Position numbers and translations under genes: made by a program | Part shown: piece by piece, positions 9,062 to 18,467 of the stretch | Layout of the letters: each line of letters starts with the position of its first letter | Position numbering within the stretch: position 1 is the first letter of the stretch | The notes under the pieces: model-generated | Database searches by the model: none | Told to the model about the DNA's origin: nothing | What the model saw: the letters and a program-made list of their open reading frames with translations, nothing else | Source of the DNA: Patescibacteria group bacterium | GTDB lineage: Bacteria; Patescibacteriota; Minisyncoccia; Portnoybacterales; UBA2143 | Reading direction: 5' to 3' | Length of the DNA stretch: 32,036 nucleotides | Assembly (NCBI GenBank): GCA_018820085.1 | Contig: JAHJOV010000020.1 | Location: forward strand, 1 to 32,036

Positions 9062-9924
9062 TTTATAAAATTAATTATCATTTTTTTCGCTTTTTTATAA
9101 TCTTTAATCCATTTGATTTTTTTGTCTCGTCTAAACCAGGACATTTGACGACGAGCATATTGTTTAGTATGGATTTTGATTAATTCTTCAGAGTTATCCA
9201 AAAGCGCTTCTTTGTACCCAATACCACTCATTGAATATGGCTTAGAACCGTATTTTTTAATTAGTTTTTCAACTTCTTCAAGTAATCCAGCTTTAATCAT
9301 TTGCTTAACCCGTTGATTAATTCTTTTGTCTATAATTTTAATATCTGGGTTAAGTCCAATTTGTAAAATATCGAAAAGTTTAGGTCCTTTATGTTTTTGT
9401 TGAGAAAAAGGTTGCCCAGTAATTAAACAAACCTCTAAAGCTCGAACCATTCTTCTTTGATTATTCTTATCAATTATCTTTAAAGCTTGAGGATCAAGTT
9501 TTTTAAGTTGATTATATAACTCTTGATTAGTTTTGCTTTCTAGTTTGTTTCTAAGTTTTTTATTCGGTTTAGTTTTTGGAATTTGGAGATTATCTACAAC
9601 GGATTGGATGTATAAGCCGGTCCCGCCAACCAAAAAAGGGAGTTTATCTCTTTTTTGAATATCTTTAATAATTTTAGTTGCTTTTTTTTTGAATTGGGCT
9701 AGAGAAAATTCTTGATTAGGCTTAATAATATCTATTAAATGATGAGGAATGCCTTGCATTTCTTTTTTTGTGATTTTAGCTGTGCCGATATCCATTTCCT
9801 TATATATTTGTCTGGAATCAGCAGAGACGATTTCGCCATTAAATTTTTGGGCCAATTTCACGGCTAAACTAGACTTACCTGAAGCAGTCGGACCAAGGAT
9901 AATTATAAGTTTGTTGTGTGACAT
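9058..9924 (-). CDS. miaA: tRNA dimethylallyltransferase
   Basis: GPTASGKS, SADSRQIY, DIGTAK, VGGTGLY, YARRQMSWFR. Confidence 0.97.
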   Translation of the reverse strand: MSHNKLIIILGPTASGKSSLAVKLAQKFNGEIVSADSRQIYKEMDIGTAKITKKEMQGIPHHLIDIIKPNQEFSLAQFKKKATKIIKDIQKRDKLPFLVGGTGLYIQSVVDNLQIPKTKPNKKLRNKLESKTNQELYNQLKKLDPQALKIIDKNNQRRMVRALEVCLITGQPFSQQKHKGPKLFDILQIGLNPDIKIIDKRINQRVKQMIKAGLLEEVEKLIKKYGSKPYSMSGIGYKEALLDNSEELIKIHTKQYARRQMSWFRRDKKIKWIKDYKKAKKMIINFIN

Positions 9925-9934
9925 AATCGTGGCA

Positions 9935-10085
9935 TGATAAGGTCGGACATTGTTTTGTCCGTACCTCAGCAGAGGTCCGGCAAAACAAGGTCCGACCTTA
10001 ATTCTGAAGCAACTATATTCCGCAGAGGTCAGACCTTTGGGGAAGGTCTGACCTCATCTTTTGACAAAATAATGTACGACCTCTG
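9935..10085. repeat. Family A repeat cluster between miaB and miaA
   Basis: Hairpin unit at 9938-10000, GAGGTCAGACCTTTGGGGAAGGTCTGACCTC module at 10025-10055, and a half unit ending at about 10085. Confidence 0.95.
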
Positions 10086-10089
10086 AACA

Positions 10090-11064
10090 TCAAAACATAT
10101 CAAGAAGAATTTTTTTTCTTCTTTTTTTGATACCTGAAGGAATATTATCTTTGAATTTGTGGGCTACGGTGCCCGGTCGCGGAGAATAGGCCGAGACATA
10201 GGATTGACTGAATCTAATTTCTTTAACTAATTTAACTGTGTTTTGGAATTGTTTTTCAGTTTCATCGGGGAATCCGACAATAATGTCAGTTGATATTTTT
10301 GCTTTAGGTATTTGTTGGCGGATTTTTTTAATTAATTTTTTATAATCTTGAACTGTATAACCACGGTTCATTTTTTTTAATATTTTATTATCACCAGATT
10401 GAACCGGTAAATGAATGTTTTTAGATACTTTTTTACTACTAGCAATAATACTAATTAACTCATCAGACATATCTTTAGGATGGGAAGTCATGAAGTTGAT
10501 CTCAAAGTTACCAGGTAAATGATTAAGAGTTTTTAATAGTTTAGGAAAGTTATTTTGATAAGAATTCACATTTTGGCCTAAGAGAGTAATCTCTTTGTAG
10601 TTATTTTTAATTAAATTTTTAACTTCTTTAATAATTTCTTGGGTTGGTCGTGATTTTTCTCGTCCTCGAGTATATGGGACAGCGCAATAGGAACAAAAAT
10701 TATTACATCCAGTCATAATTGGAACAAGGGCTTGTTTAGTTGATTGACAGTTAGTTTTGATTTTAAAATTGTCGGAAATCGGCTTTATTTTATCAACCTT
10801 TTCTTTGAATTGTTTTTTGTCTTTTTCCAAGATACAGCCGGTTAGAATAATTTTAGGTTTTTTAGAAAACAGGCGGATTTTTTTGATTTTATCATAGACG
10901 CGGTTAATGGCTGATTGTCGGACTGAACAGACATTAATTACAATTAAATCAGCTTGTTTAATATTTTTAGCTAGCTGATGTTTCTGTTTTTCTAGTTGAG
11001 TGGCTATTCTTTCGCTATCAGATTCATTCATCTGACATCCGTAAGTGATAATGTGATATTTCAT
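10090..11064 (-). CDS. miaB: MiaB-type tRNA methylthiotransferase lacking the C-terminal TRAM domain
   Basis: TYGCQMNESDSE, NVCSVR, TGC (UPF0004 cysteines), CNNFCSYC radical SAM motif, LLGQNVNSY, TDIIVGFPDET, YSPRPGT. Only 324 aa. Confidence 0.85.
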   Translation of the reverse strand: MKYHIITYGCQMNESDSERIATQLEKQKHQLAKNIKQADLIVINVCSVRQSAINRVYDKIKKIRLFSKKPKIILTGCILEKDKKQFKEKVDKIKPISDNFKIKTNCQSTKQALVPIMTGCNNFCSYCAVPYTRGREKSRPTQEIIKEVKNLIKNNYKEITLLGQNVNSYQNNFPKLLKTLNHLPGNFEINFMTSHPKDMSDELISIIASSKKVSKNIHLPVQSGDNKILKKMNRGYTVQDYKKLIKKIRQQIPKAKISTDIIVGFPDETEKQFQNTVKLVKEIRFSQSYVSAYSPRPGTVAHKFKDNIPSGIKKRRKKILLDMF

Positions 11065-11070
11065 GTTATT

Positions 11071-11135
11071 TAGAGGTCGGACCTTGTTTTGCCGAACCTC
11101 TGCTGAGGTGCGGACAAAACAATGTACGACCTCTA
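11071..11135. repeat. Family A 65-nt unit with TA ends
   Basis: TAGAGGTCGGACCTTGTTTTGCCGAACCTC-TGCT-GAGGTGCGGACAAAACAATGTACGACCTCTA. A lone core also occurs at 11180-11190. Confidence 0.95.
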
Positions 11136-11216
11136 GACTTTAGTAAAATAACTTTTTACTAAAAGGTTCCTACTTTTTGAGGTCGGACCTTACTAGACCT
11201 AGCTATATTAGATACT

Positions 11217-11245
11217 TTGTATCTTAATAGAAAGTATTGTATAAT
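11217..11245 (+). promoter_or_regulatory. Putative sigma70 promoter (probably leaderless transcript)
   Basis: TTGTAT, 17 nt, TATAAT (11240-11245); ATG follows 7 nt later. Confidence 0.65.
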
Positions 11246-11252
11246 ACAAGGT

Positions 11253-11993
11253 ATGGAAAAAGTTTTTCTTTCAGTTATTATCCCGGCTTATAATGAGGAA
11301 ATGAATATTAGTAATACTCTTTTGGATATTGATCATTATTTAAGCCAACAGGATTATACTTACGAGATATTAGTTGTTATTGACGGAGCTAAGGATAAAA
11401 CAGCTCAAATAGTGGGTAAATTTGTTGATTTAGTTAAGAATTTAAGAGTTATTAATAACAAAGAGAATCACGGTAAAGGGTGGGTTGTTCGGCAGGGAAT
11501 GCTTGAAGCTAAGGGTCAAATTCGACTTTTTATGGATGCTGATAATGCTACAACTATAGATCATTTTAAGAAAATGATTCCTTTGTTTGAGCAAGGTTAT
11601 CAAGTAGTTATTGGTTCTCGTGATTCAAAAGATGTAGCTGGAGCTAAGCAAGCTGTTCCTCAACCATTTCATAAGAGATTAGTTGGTAATATGGGGAATC
11701 TAGTTATTCAATTAGTGGCTGTTTCTGGTATTTGGGATACCCAATGTGGTTTTAAAGCTTTAACTGCTCAAGTAGCTGAAGATGTTTTTAGTCGTTGTCG
11801 AATTGATCGTTGGAGTTTTGATGTTGAGGTTTTAGCTATAGCTAGAATGTTGGGTTGCAAGATAGGAATCATTCCTGTTTATTGGATTAATAATCCTAAT
11901 AGTCGGGTTAGTTGGAAAAGCTATTTTAAAACTTTTTGGGAAGTTTTTAAAATAAGATGGAATTTAATAACAAAAAAATATGACCAAAGATAA
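11253..11993 (+). CDS. GT2 glycosyltransferase, dolichyl/polyprenyl-phosphate glucosyltransferase-like
   Basis: LSVIIPAYNEE, NHGKG, FMDAD (DxD), DTQCGFK, WSFDVE. Confidence 0.9.
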   Translation: MEKVFLSVIIPAYNEEMNISNTLLDIDHYLSQQDYTYEILVVIDGAKDKTAQIVGKFVDLVKNLRVINNKENHGKGWVVRQGMLEAKGQIRLFMDADNATTIDHFKKMIPLFEQGYQVVIGSRDSKDVAGAKQAVPQPFHKRLVGNMGNLVIQLVAVSGIWDTQCGFKALTAQVAEDVFSRCRIDRWSFDVEVLAIARMLGCKIGIIPVYWINNPNSRVSWKSYFKTFWEVFKIRWNLITKKYDQR

Positions 11994-12945
11994 AGAAAAA
12001 TCTCCATCAGAATTAAGAATGGATCTAGTCTCTAATGATTGGGTTGTTATTGCTACTGGTCGGGCTCGTCGACCAGAAACTTTTGCTCAACAAGAAAGAA
12101 TCAAAGATGACGTTTCATCAAGGAAATGTCCTTTTTGTAAACTTAAATTTTCCGGAAAGTTAGTTATATCCCACCCTAATGATTTTCCAGCTTTTACTCC
12201 GGCTGATGATCTTAATGAACGGAAGCAAGGTCCTAATCGAATTATGAATGGGGTTGGCTATCATGAGGTTATTATTACAGCTGATCATAAAAAACAAATA
12301 GCTCATTTTTCTTCAGGCGAAGTAAAAATAGTAATTGATCTTTATCAAAAGAGATATCTTGAGTTAATGAATAAGAAGTTCATTAAATATATTTCAATTT
12401 TCCATAATCATGGTCGGGAAGCAGGTTCTTCTATTGCTCATCCTCATTCTCAGTTATTGGCTATTCCAGTTGTTGATCCTGATTTGAGGTCTAGTTTAGA
12501 TGGGGCCGAGGCCTTTTATCGTAGTCAAGGTAAATGTGTCTATTGTACTATGATTGAATGGGAACTTCAGGATAAGAAACGAATTATTTATGAAAATGAG
12601 AAGTTTTTAGTTGTTTGTCCTTTTGCCGCACAAGTCTCTTTTGAAGTTAGAGTCTATCCCAAAGAACATCAGCCATATTTTGAAAAAATGACCGAAGAAG
12701 AAAAAGAATTTTTTGCTGATGCTATGCAAAAAGGGTTAAACAAGCTTTACAAAGGACTCAAGGATCCAGCTTATAATTTTTATTTTCACACTGCTCCTTG
12801 CGATGGGGGAAATTATGATCAATATCATTGGCATTTGAATATTTTACCGAAGACAAATATTTGGGCTGGTTTTGAATTGGGGGCTGGTATAGAGATTAGT
12901 ACTATTGAGCCAGAAAAAGCGACAGAATTTTTAAGAGAGCAGTAA
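11980..12945 (+). CDS. galT: Galactose-1-phosphate uridylyltransferase
   Basis: RARRP, CPFC, GYHEVII, NHGREAGSSIAHPHSQ (HPH nucleophile motif), YHWH, AGFELG. Confidence 0.92.
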   Translation: MTKDKEKSPSELRMDLVSNDWVVIATGRARRPETFAQQERIKDDVSSRKCPFCKLKFSGKLVISHPNDFPAFTPADDLNERKQGPNRIMNGVGYHEVIITADHKKQIAHFSSGEVKIVIDLYQKRYLELMNKKFIKYISIFHNHGREAGSSIAHPHSQLLAIPVVDPDLRSSLDGAEAFYRSQGKCVYCTMIEWELQDKKRIIYENEKFLVVCPFAAQVSFEVRVYPKEHQPYFEKMTEEEKEFFADAMQKGLNKLYKGLKDPAYNFYFHTAPCDGGNYDQYHWHLNILPKTNIWAGFELGAGIEISTIEPEKATEFLREQ

Positions 12946-12955
12946 TTCGGATTAT

Positions 12956-13573
12956 ATGGAATTTTTCTTAATAACAATTGCTTCCTGGGTAACAAGTATT
13001 ATTGATAAAATTGGATATTTAGGTGTCTTGGTTTTAATGACTATAGAAAGCTCTTTTATTCCTTTTCCTTCTGAAGTGGTTATTTTACCAGCTGCTTATT
13101 TAGCTCAGCAGGGTAAGATGAATATCTATTTAGTTGTTATTGCTGGAATAATTGGTAGTATTTTAGGCGCTTTAATAAACTATTATCTAGCTTCGACCTT
13201 AGGCCGGAAGATAATTTATACTTTAGCTGATAAAAGGTTTTTCAAATTTTTGTTGATTACTCCCGAAAAAGTTAATAAGGCTGAAAAATATTTTTTAAAA
13301 TATGGAAATATTTCTACTTTGATTGGCCGGTTGGTTGTTGGAGTACGGCAATTGATTTCTATTCCGGCTGGTTTTTCTAAAATGAAGTTATCTAGTTTTA
13401 TTTTTTATACTACGCTTGGTTCCAGTATCTGGGTTGTTATTTTAGCAGTTTTTGGTTATAGTTTTGGTTCTAATCAAGAGCAATTAGAAAAATATTATAG
13501 TGAGATTTCTTGGTTTTTTGTTATCTTAGCCGTTATTTTCATAGCTTATCTTATTATTAAAAAGAAAAAATAA
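12956..13573 (+). CDS. DedA-family membrane protein
   Basis: IESSFIPFPSEVV, GRLVVGVRQLISIPAG, several TM segments. Confidence 0.92.
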   Translation: MEFFLITIASWVTSIIDKIGYLGVLVLMTIESSFIPFPSEVVILPAAYLAQQGKMNIYLVVIAGIIGSILGALINYYLASTLGRKIIYTLADKRFFKFLLITPEKVNKAEKYFLKYGNISTLIGRLVVGVRQLISIPAGFSKMKLSSFIFYTTLGSSIWVVILAVFGYSFGSNQEQLEKYYSEISWFFVILAVIFIAYLIIKKKK

Positions 13574-13574
13574 T

Positions 13575-14351
13575 ATGTCTAAATTAATTATTGGTAATTG
13601 GAAATGCAATCCAACTAGTCTTAACGAAACTAAACATCTTTTTGAAGTAATTCAAAGAGGGATTGTTAAAAATAAGAATGTTGAAGTTATTATTTGTCCG
13701 CCCTTTATATATTTAGCCCACTTAATCGCTTTGGTTAAAGGCGGACTCACTTTCGGTGCGCAAGATTGTTTTTGGGAGCAAAAAGGCGCCTTTACTGGTG
13801 AAATTTCTCCTTTGGAGCTTAAAAATACGGGTTGTCAGTATGTAATTATTGGTCATTCAGAAAGAAGAAAATATCTTCAAGAAACAGATGAGATGATTAA
13901 TAAAAAGATAAAGGCGGTTTTAAAAAGTCGTCTTAAGCCAATTCTTTGTGTTGGTGAAGAAACTAGAGATACTTTTAATTCTGAAGGTAAGCCTCTTAAT
14001 GAAATGAGCTTAATGGTTGGTGAACAAATAGAAAAGGATTTAGCTAATGTTTCAGCGGCTCGAATTAGAGATATAGTTATTGCCTATGAACCAATCTGGG
14101 CTATTGGAACGGGTAATTCTTGTTCATCTGATGATGCTATGAAGGCTAGTTTGTTTATTCGAAAAACTTTAACTAAACTTTATGATCGACCGACGGCTGA
14201 AAAGGCCAAGATCGTTTATGGCGGTAGTGTTAATAGTAAAAATGTTAATGAATATATTAAAGGAGCTAATATGGATGGAGTTTTAGTAGGTGGCGCTTCT
14301 TTAAATGGAAGTGAATTTGTTAAGATATATGAAATTTCTTCGAGATTTTAA
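13575..14351 (+). CDS. tpiA: Triosephosphate isomerase
   Basis: GNWK, GAFTGE, IGHSERR, AYEPIWAIGTG, YGGSV, LVGGASL. Confidence 0.98.
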   Translation: MSKLIIGNWKCNPTSLNETKHLFEVIQRGIVKNKNVEVIICPPFIYLAHLIALVKGGLTFGAQDCFWEQKGAFTGEISPLELKNTGCQYVIIGHSERRKYLQETDEMINKKIKAVLKSRLKPILCVGEETRDTFNSEGKPLNEMSLMVGEQIEKDLANVSAARIRDIVIAYEPIWAIGTGNSCSSDDAMKASLFIRKTLTKLYDRPTAEKAKIVYGGSVNSKNVNEYIKGANMDGVLVGGASLNGSEFVKIYEISSRF

Positions 14352-15495
14352 TTTTAAAGATAAAAAAGTTTTAATCAGAGTTGATTTTAATGTGCCTTTG
14401 GGTGACGATTTGAAAGTTGATAATAGTGAAGATTGGCGAATTGAGGCAACTCTACCGAGTATTAAATATCTATTAGATCAAGGAGCTAAAATTATTCTTT
14501 TGGCTCATTTAGGCAGGCCTAACGGGAAAATAGTTGAAGGGCTACGATTAGACCCAGTGGCTAAAAGGCTAGGAGAGCTTTTGGGCAGAAAAGTTATTAA
14601 ATTAGATGATTGTTGTAGTCAGAAAGTTAAAGATCGAGTTAGTCAAATTAAGGTCGGAGAAATTATCTTACTAGAAAATCTTCGTTTTTATCCAGAGGAA
14701 AAGAATAATGATAGGCAATTTGCTAAGCAATTGGCTAGTTATGGAGAGATTTATGTTAATGATGCTTTTGGGGTAGACCATCGGGCTCACGCTTCTTTAG
14801 TTGGGATTCCTAAGTATTTACCAAGTTGTGCTGGATTACTTTTAGAAAAAGAAATTACAGCTCTGACTAAGGTTTTAGATAAACCAGAAAGACCTTTAGT
14901 TGTAATTATTGGAGGAGTAAAAATTTCTACTAAAATTAAAGTTATTAAAAAGTTTTTAAAAAAAGCAGACAATGTTCTTTTAGGCGGAGCTCTAGCTAAC
15001 ACAGTTCTTGCCGCTAAAGGAATTGCTATTGGTCAGTCAGTGGTTGAAGAGGGAATGATTGAGGAAGTTAAGAAATTAGAATTGACTGATATTAAACTTC
15101 ATTTACCAGTCGATGCTATTACTTCAACAGACCCTTTAGGTAAGTCAGATATTCGAATAGCCCCAATTGGTAATACTAATAAAGAAGAGATGATTTTAGA
15201 TATTGGTCCAGATACTAATAATCTTTTTAGGCAGATAATTTCTCAATCGAAAGCAATTATTTGGAATGGTCCTATGGGTTTAATTGAAGTCGATAAATTT
15301 GTTGAGGGAACTAAAAAAATAGCTCAGGTTATAGCTAATAATGATAGTTATTCAGTTATTGGTGGAGGAGACAGTATTGCTTTAATAGAAGAGATGGGTT
15401 TATTTGATAAAATGAGTCACGTCTCTACTGGAGGAGGAGCTATGTTAAAATTTTTAGCTGGTGATAAATTACCAGGAATAGAAGCGTTGGGCTAA
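14329..15495 (+). CDS. pgk: Phosphoglycerate kinase
   Basis: RVDFNVP, HLGRP, LENLRF, NDAFGVDHRAHAS, WNGPMG, GGGDS, HVSTGGGA. Confidence 0.98.
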   Translation: MKFLRDFNFKDKKVLIRVDFNVPLGDDLKVDNSEDWRIEATLPSIKYLLDQGAKIILLAHLGRPNGKIVEGLRLDPVAKRLGELLGRKVIKLDDCCSQKVKDRVSQIKVGEIILLENLRFYPEEKNNDRQFAKQLASYGEIYVNDAFGVDHRAHASLVGIPKYLPSCAGLLLEKEITALTKVLDKPERPLVVIIGGVKISTKIKVIKKFLKKADNVLLGGALANTVLAAKGIAIGQSVVEEGMIEEVKKLELTDIKLHLPVDAITSTDPLGKSDIRIAPIGNTNKEEMILDIGPDTNNLFRQIISQSKAIIWNGPMGLIEVDKFVEGTKKIAQVIANNDSYSVIGGGDSIALIEEMGLFDKMSHVSTGGGAMLKFLAGDKLPGIEALG

Positions 15496-15498
15496 CCA

Positions 15499-15575
15499 GT
15501 GTCATTATCGGGCTTGACCCGATAATCCAGCGAAAATTAATTAATCCTGGATTCCCGCTTTCGCGGGAATGACAC
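15499..15575. repeat. Family C REP-doublet-like palindrome (GTCATT...ATCCAG / CTGGATTCCCGC...GGGAATGAC)
   Basis: GTGTCATTATCGGGCTTGACCCGATAATCCAG ... CTGGATTCCCGCTTTCGCGGGAATGACAC: two internal hairpins inside an outer inverted repeat. Confidence 0.85.
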
Positions 15576-15603
15576 CAAAATTTATAATTTAAAATTCTTT
15601 TTT

Positions 15604-17355
15604 ATGAGGTGGCAAATTAAAACAAAAGCGCCCCGCGCTTTTTTTAAACAATTTCCTGAGCTTTCTCCTTTAGTCGCTCAATTAATTTACAATCGTGGCT
15701 TAAAAACTCAAAAACAAGTTGATGAGTTTTTTAATCCTGATTATCAAGAAGACATTCATGATCCTTTTTTACTCAAGGATATGAGTAAAGCAGTTAAGAG
15801 AATTAATAGAGCCATTAAAAAGAAGGAAAAGATAACTATTTATGGTGATTTTGATACTGATGGAATTTGTTCTAGCGCTATTGTCTATTTAACTCTTAAA
15901 GAATTGGGAGTTAAAAACCTTAATGTCTATATCCCAGATCGGGCTAAAGAAAATCATGGTTTGAATGAAAAATCAGTTAAGAACATAGCTAAAAAGGGAG
16001 CTCATCTAATTATTGTTGTTGATTGCGCCAGTACTGACCTAGAAGAAGCTGATTTAGTTAAGTCTTTAGGAATGGATTTAATCATTACCGATCATCATAC
16101 GCTAGGCAAAAAAATCCCACAAACAATTGCTTTTGTTAATTTTCAGCAAAAAGGGGATAAATATCCTTTTAAGGAATTGTCAGGAGCTGGCGTAGCTTAC
16201 AAATTAGTTTGCGCTCTTTTATCGGTTCAGGAAAAGAGAATAGAGCATTCTTTTAAGAAGTGGCTTTTAGATTTAGTTGCTATTGCTACCGTGGTTGATA
16301 TGATGCCCATTGTTGGCGAGAATAGAACTTTAGTGAAATATGGACTAGGAGTCTTGGCTCAAACTCGATGGATCGGTTTGCAAGAGTTAATGAAAATAGC
16401 TAAAATTAATCCGGAAATTGAGCAAGATTCAATTAATGGAGAGGCTCCCTTAACTAATCTAAATACTAATACGCTGGGTTTTGTTATTGGGCCTAGATTG
16501 AATGCGGCTAGTCGGATAGATCATGCTAATAATGCATTTAATCTTTTAGTTGAAGAGGATAGAGAAAAAACTAAAGATTTAGCTTTTCAAATTGAAGAAA
16601 AAAATAAGAAGAGGCAGAATTTAACCAGTAAGATTTTTAAAGAAGCAGAGATTCTTATTAATCAAAAAAAGATTGATAGTTTGATTTTTGAGGGAAGCAT
16701 TGATTGGCCGACGGGATTAGTCGGTTTGATTGCTAGTAAGCTTAAGGAAAAATATGGCAAGCCAGCAATTATTTATTGGGATGGTGGCGATACAATTCAC
16801 GCTTCATGTCGAGCTCCTAAACAAATTGATTTAGTTGGAATATTGAATAAATGTTCAAAGTATTTTATCGAATATGGTGGCCGAAGATGCACTGGCGGTT
16901 TTAGGGCTAAAAAAGAAAATCTTGGTGTAATTAGCAAGATATTACATAGGGAATTTGATCAAGGAATGAAAAACTTAGACCTGACACCGGTTTTGGATAT
17001 TGATCAGGAATTGAATCTTAATGATGTTAGTTTTCAAAGCTATGACGAGATAAGAAAATTTGAACCTTTTGGTAGAGGTAATTCCGCGCCCAGATTTTTA
17101 GCTAAAAAATTAGAAATTTGTGAATTAAGAAGTGTAGGTAATGGGAATAAACATTTAAAAATGGAATTAATAATGTTTGACAAACATGGAGAAAAAATTA
17201 AAAAGTTTAATACTATTGCTTTTGGTTTAGGGGATAAAGAGCCAATTCTTAAAAAAGGTCAGTTAATTAATATTGTTTTTGAAATGATTGTTAATCAATG
17301 GAATGGTCATCGGGGATTAGAAATGAAAATAATCGATTTAAAATTATGCGAATAA
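15604..17355 (+). CDS. recJ: Single-stranded-DNA exonuclease RecJ
   Basis: YGDFDTDG, IPDR, VDC, ITDHH, LSGAGVAYKL, ENR, PRLNAASR, EPFGRGN. Confidence 0.95.
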   Translation: MRWQIKTKAPRAFFKQFPELSPLVAQLIYNRGLKTQKQVDEFFNPDYQEDIHDPFLLKDMSKAVKRINRAIKKKEKITIYGDFDTDGICSSAIVYLTLKELGVKNLNVYIPDRAKENHGLNEKSVKNIAKKGAHLIIVVDCASTDLEEADLVKSLGMDLIITDHHTLGKKIPQTIAFVNFQQKGDKYPFKELSGAGVAYKLVCALLSVQEKRIEHSFKKWLLDLVAIATVVDMMPIVGENRTLVKYGLGVLAQTRWIGLQELMKIAKINPEIEQDSINGEAPLTNLNTNTLGFVIGPRLNAASRIDHANNAFNLLVEEDREKTKDLAFQIEEKNKKRQNLTSKIFKEAEILINQKKIDSLIFEGSIDWPTGLVGLIASKLKEKYGKPAIIYWDGGDTIHASCRAPKQIDLVGILNKCSKYFIEYGGRRCTGGFRAKKENLGVISKILHREFDQGMKNLDLTPVLDIDQELNLNDVSFQSYDEIRKFEPFGRGNSAPRFLAKKLEICELRSVGNGNKHLKMELIMFDKHGEKIKKFNTIAFGLGDKEPILKKGQLINIVFEMIVNQWNGHRGLEMKIIDLKLCE

Positions 17356-17780
17356 TTATTCAAACAGATGGGGGATCTCGGGGTAATCCTGGGCCATCAG
17401 CCATTGGAGTTGTTATTTTCCAAGAAGGACAGATTCTCAAGAAATATGGGGAATCAATTGGTCAAACAACTAATAATCAAGCTGAATATGAGGCAGTTAT
17501 TTTTGCTTTGAAAAAAGCAAAACTTCTTTTTGGTAAGAAAAAAGCTAAGGAAATGGAAATAGAATTTAGAGTTGACAGTGAATTACTTGTCAAACAAATG
17601 AATCATCAATACAAGATTAAAGAAAAAGATTTACAGCTTTTGTTTATCAAAATCTGGAATTTAATTTTAGATTTTAAGAGTGTTAACTTTAAACATGTTC
17701 GGAGAGAAGAAAATAAAGAAGCTGATGAAATGGTTAATCAGACTCTAGATAATCAAGATAGAGAGCAATCACTTTTATAA
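17346..17780 (+). CDS. rnhA: Ribonuclease HI (archaeal/Gram-positive-like type)
   Basis: TDGGSRGNPGPS, TNNQAEYEA, DSELLVKQM, HVRREENKEAD. Confidence 0.92.
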   Translation: MRIIIQTDGGSRGNPGPSAIGVVIFQEGQILKKYGESIGQTTNNQAEYEAVIFALKKAKLLFGKKKAKEMEIEFRVDSELLVKQMNHQYKIKEKDLQLLFIKIWNLILDFKSVNFKHVRREENKEADEMVNQTLDNQDREQSLL

Positions 17781-17809
17781 TTGACAAGGTCGTTTATTTG
17801 TAATAGTAT
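17781..17809 (+). promoter_or_regulatory. Promoter of RNase P RNA
   Basis: TTGACA, 17 nt, TAGTAT, ending 6 nt before the P1 helix. Confidence 0.8.
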
Positions 17810-17815
17810 ATAAAT

Positions 17816-18201
17816 AACCTAAGTAAGTTAGATAGTCGCCCCGCAGTACTGCGGGGAGGAAAGTCCGGGCATCATAAACCTGCCGTCGCGCTTCGCGCTA
17901 TGGCAAGGCAAGAAAGGTGGTGGATAATGTCCACCGTTCGTAAGAATAGGGAAAGTGCCACAGAGACTATGTTTCTCCATTTTAGGGGTAATCTCCTAAA
18001 AAGGGGTAAAAGTGAAAAGTAGAGGAGTAAGACCCTCTTTCCCACAGGGAGACCTGTCGGGATGGTAAACCCCACCTGATGCAAGAGCAAATCTCGACTT
18101 TTTATGTTGAGACAAAAGTAGCTCGCTTGAGGCTAATGGTAACATTAGTCCTAGATAAATGACTATCCAAGACAGAACCCGGCTTATTGCTTACTTGGGT
18201 T
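17816..18201 (+). ncRNA. rnpB: RNase P RNA
   Basis: GAGGAAAGTCCGGGC and ACAGAACCCGGCTTA conserved regions, AGTGCCACAGA, GGTAAACCCC. P1 AACCTAAGTAAG pairs with CTTACTTGGGTT. Confidence 0.96.
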
Positions 18202-18205
18202 GTAT

Positions 18206-18232
18206 AAAAGTCCCGCCTCGCGGGATTTTTTT
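18206..18232 (+). terminator. Intrinsic terminator of rnpB
   Basis: AAAAGTCCCG-CCTCG-CGGGATTTTTTT. Confidence 0.85.
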
Positions 18233-18240
18233 ATGTGCAT

Positions 18241-18416
18241 GATAAGGTCCCATTCTGGTAAGGTCGGACATTGTTTTGCGTGACAAGGTCCGACCTCATT
18301 TTGTCTGAACCTTCAGTAAAGGTTCAGCAAAATGAGGTCTGACCTTCAAGATATCTGATTACTACATTCCGCAGAGGTCAGACCTTTACTGAAGGTCTGA
18401 CCTCATATCAGACCTC
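18241..18416. repeat. Family A repeat cluster (TGAACCTTCAGTAAAGGTTCA subtype)
   Basis: Four perfect cores (18286, 18335, 18375, 18393) plus partial units; closely resembles 29580-29741. Confidence 0.93.
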
Positions 18417-18467
18417 CTCAATTCTTTTCCGGTTGCGTTTTTGGGAATAATTCATTAGGATTAGAGT

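Noticed and set aside
17872-18090. 72-aa minus-strand ORF
   Set aside because: Lies antisense within RNase P RNA.
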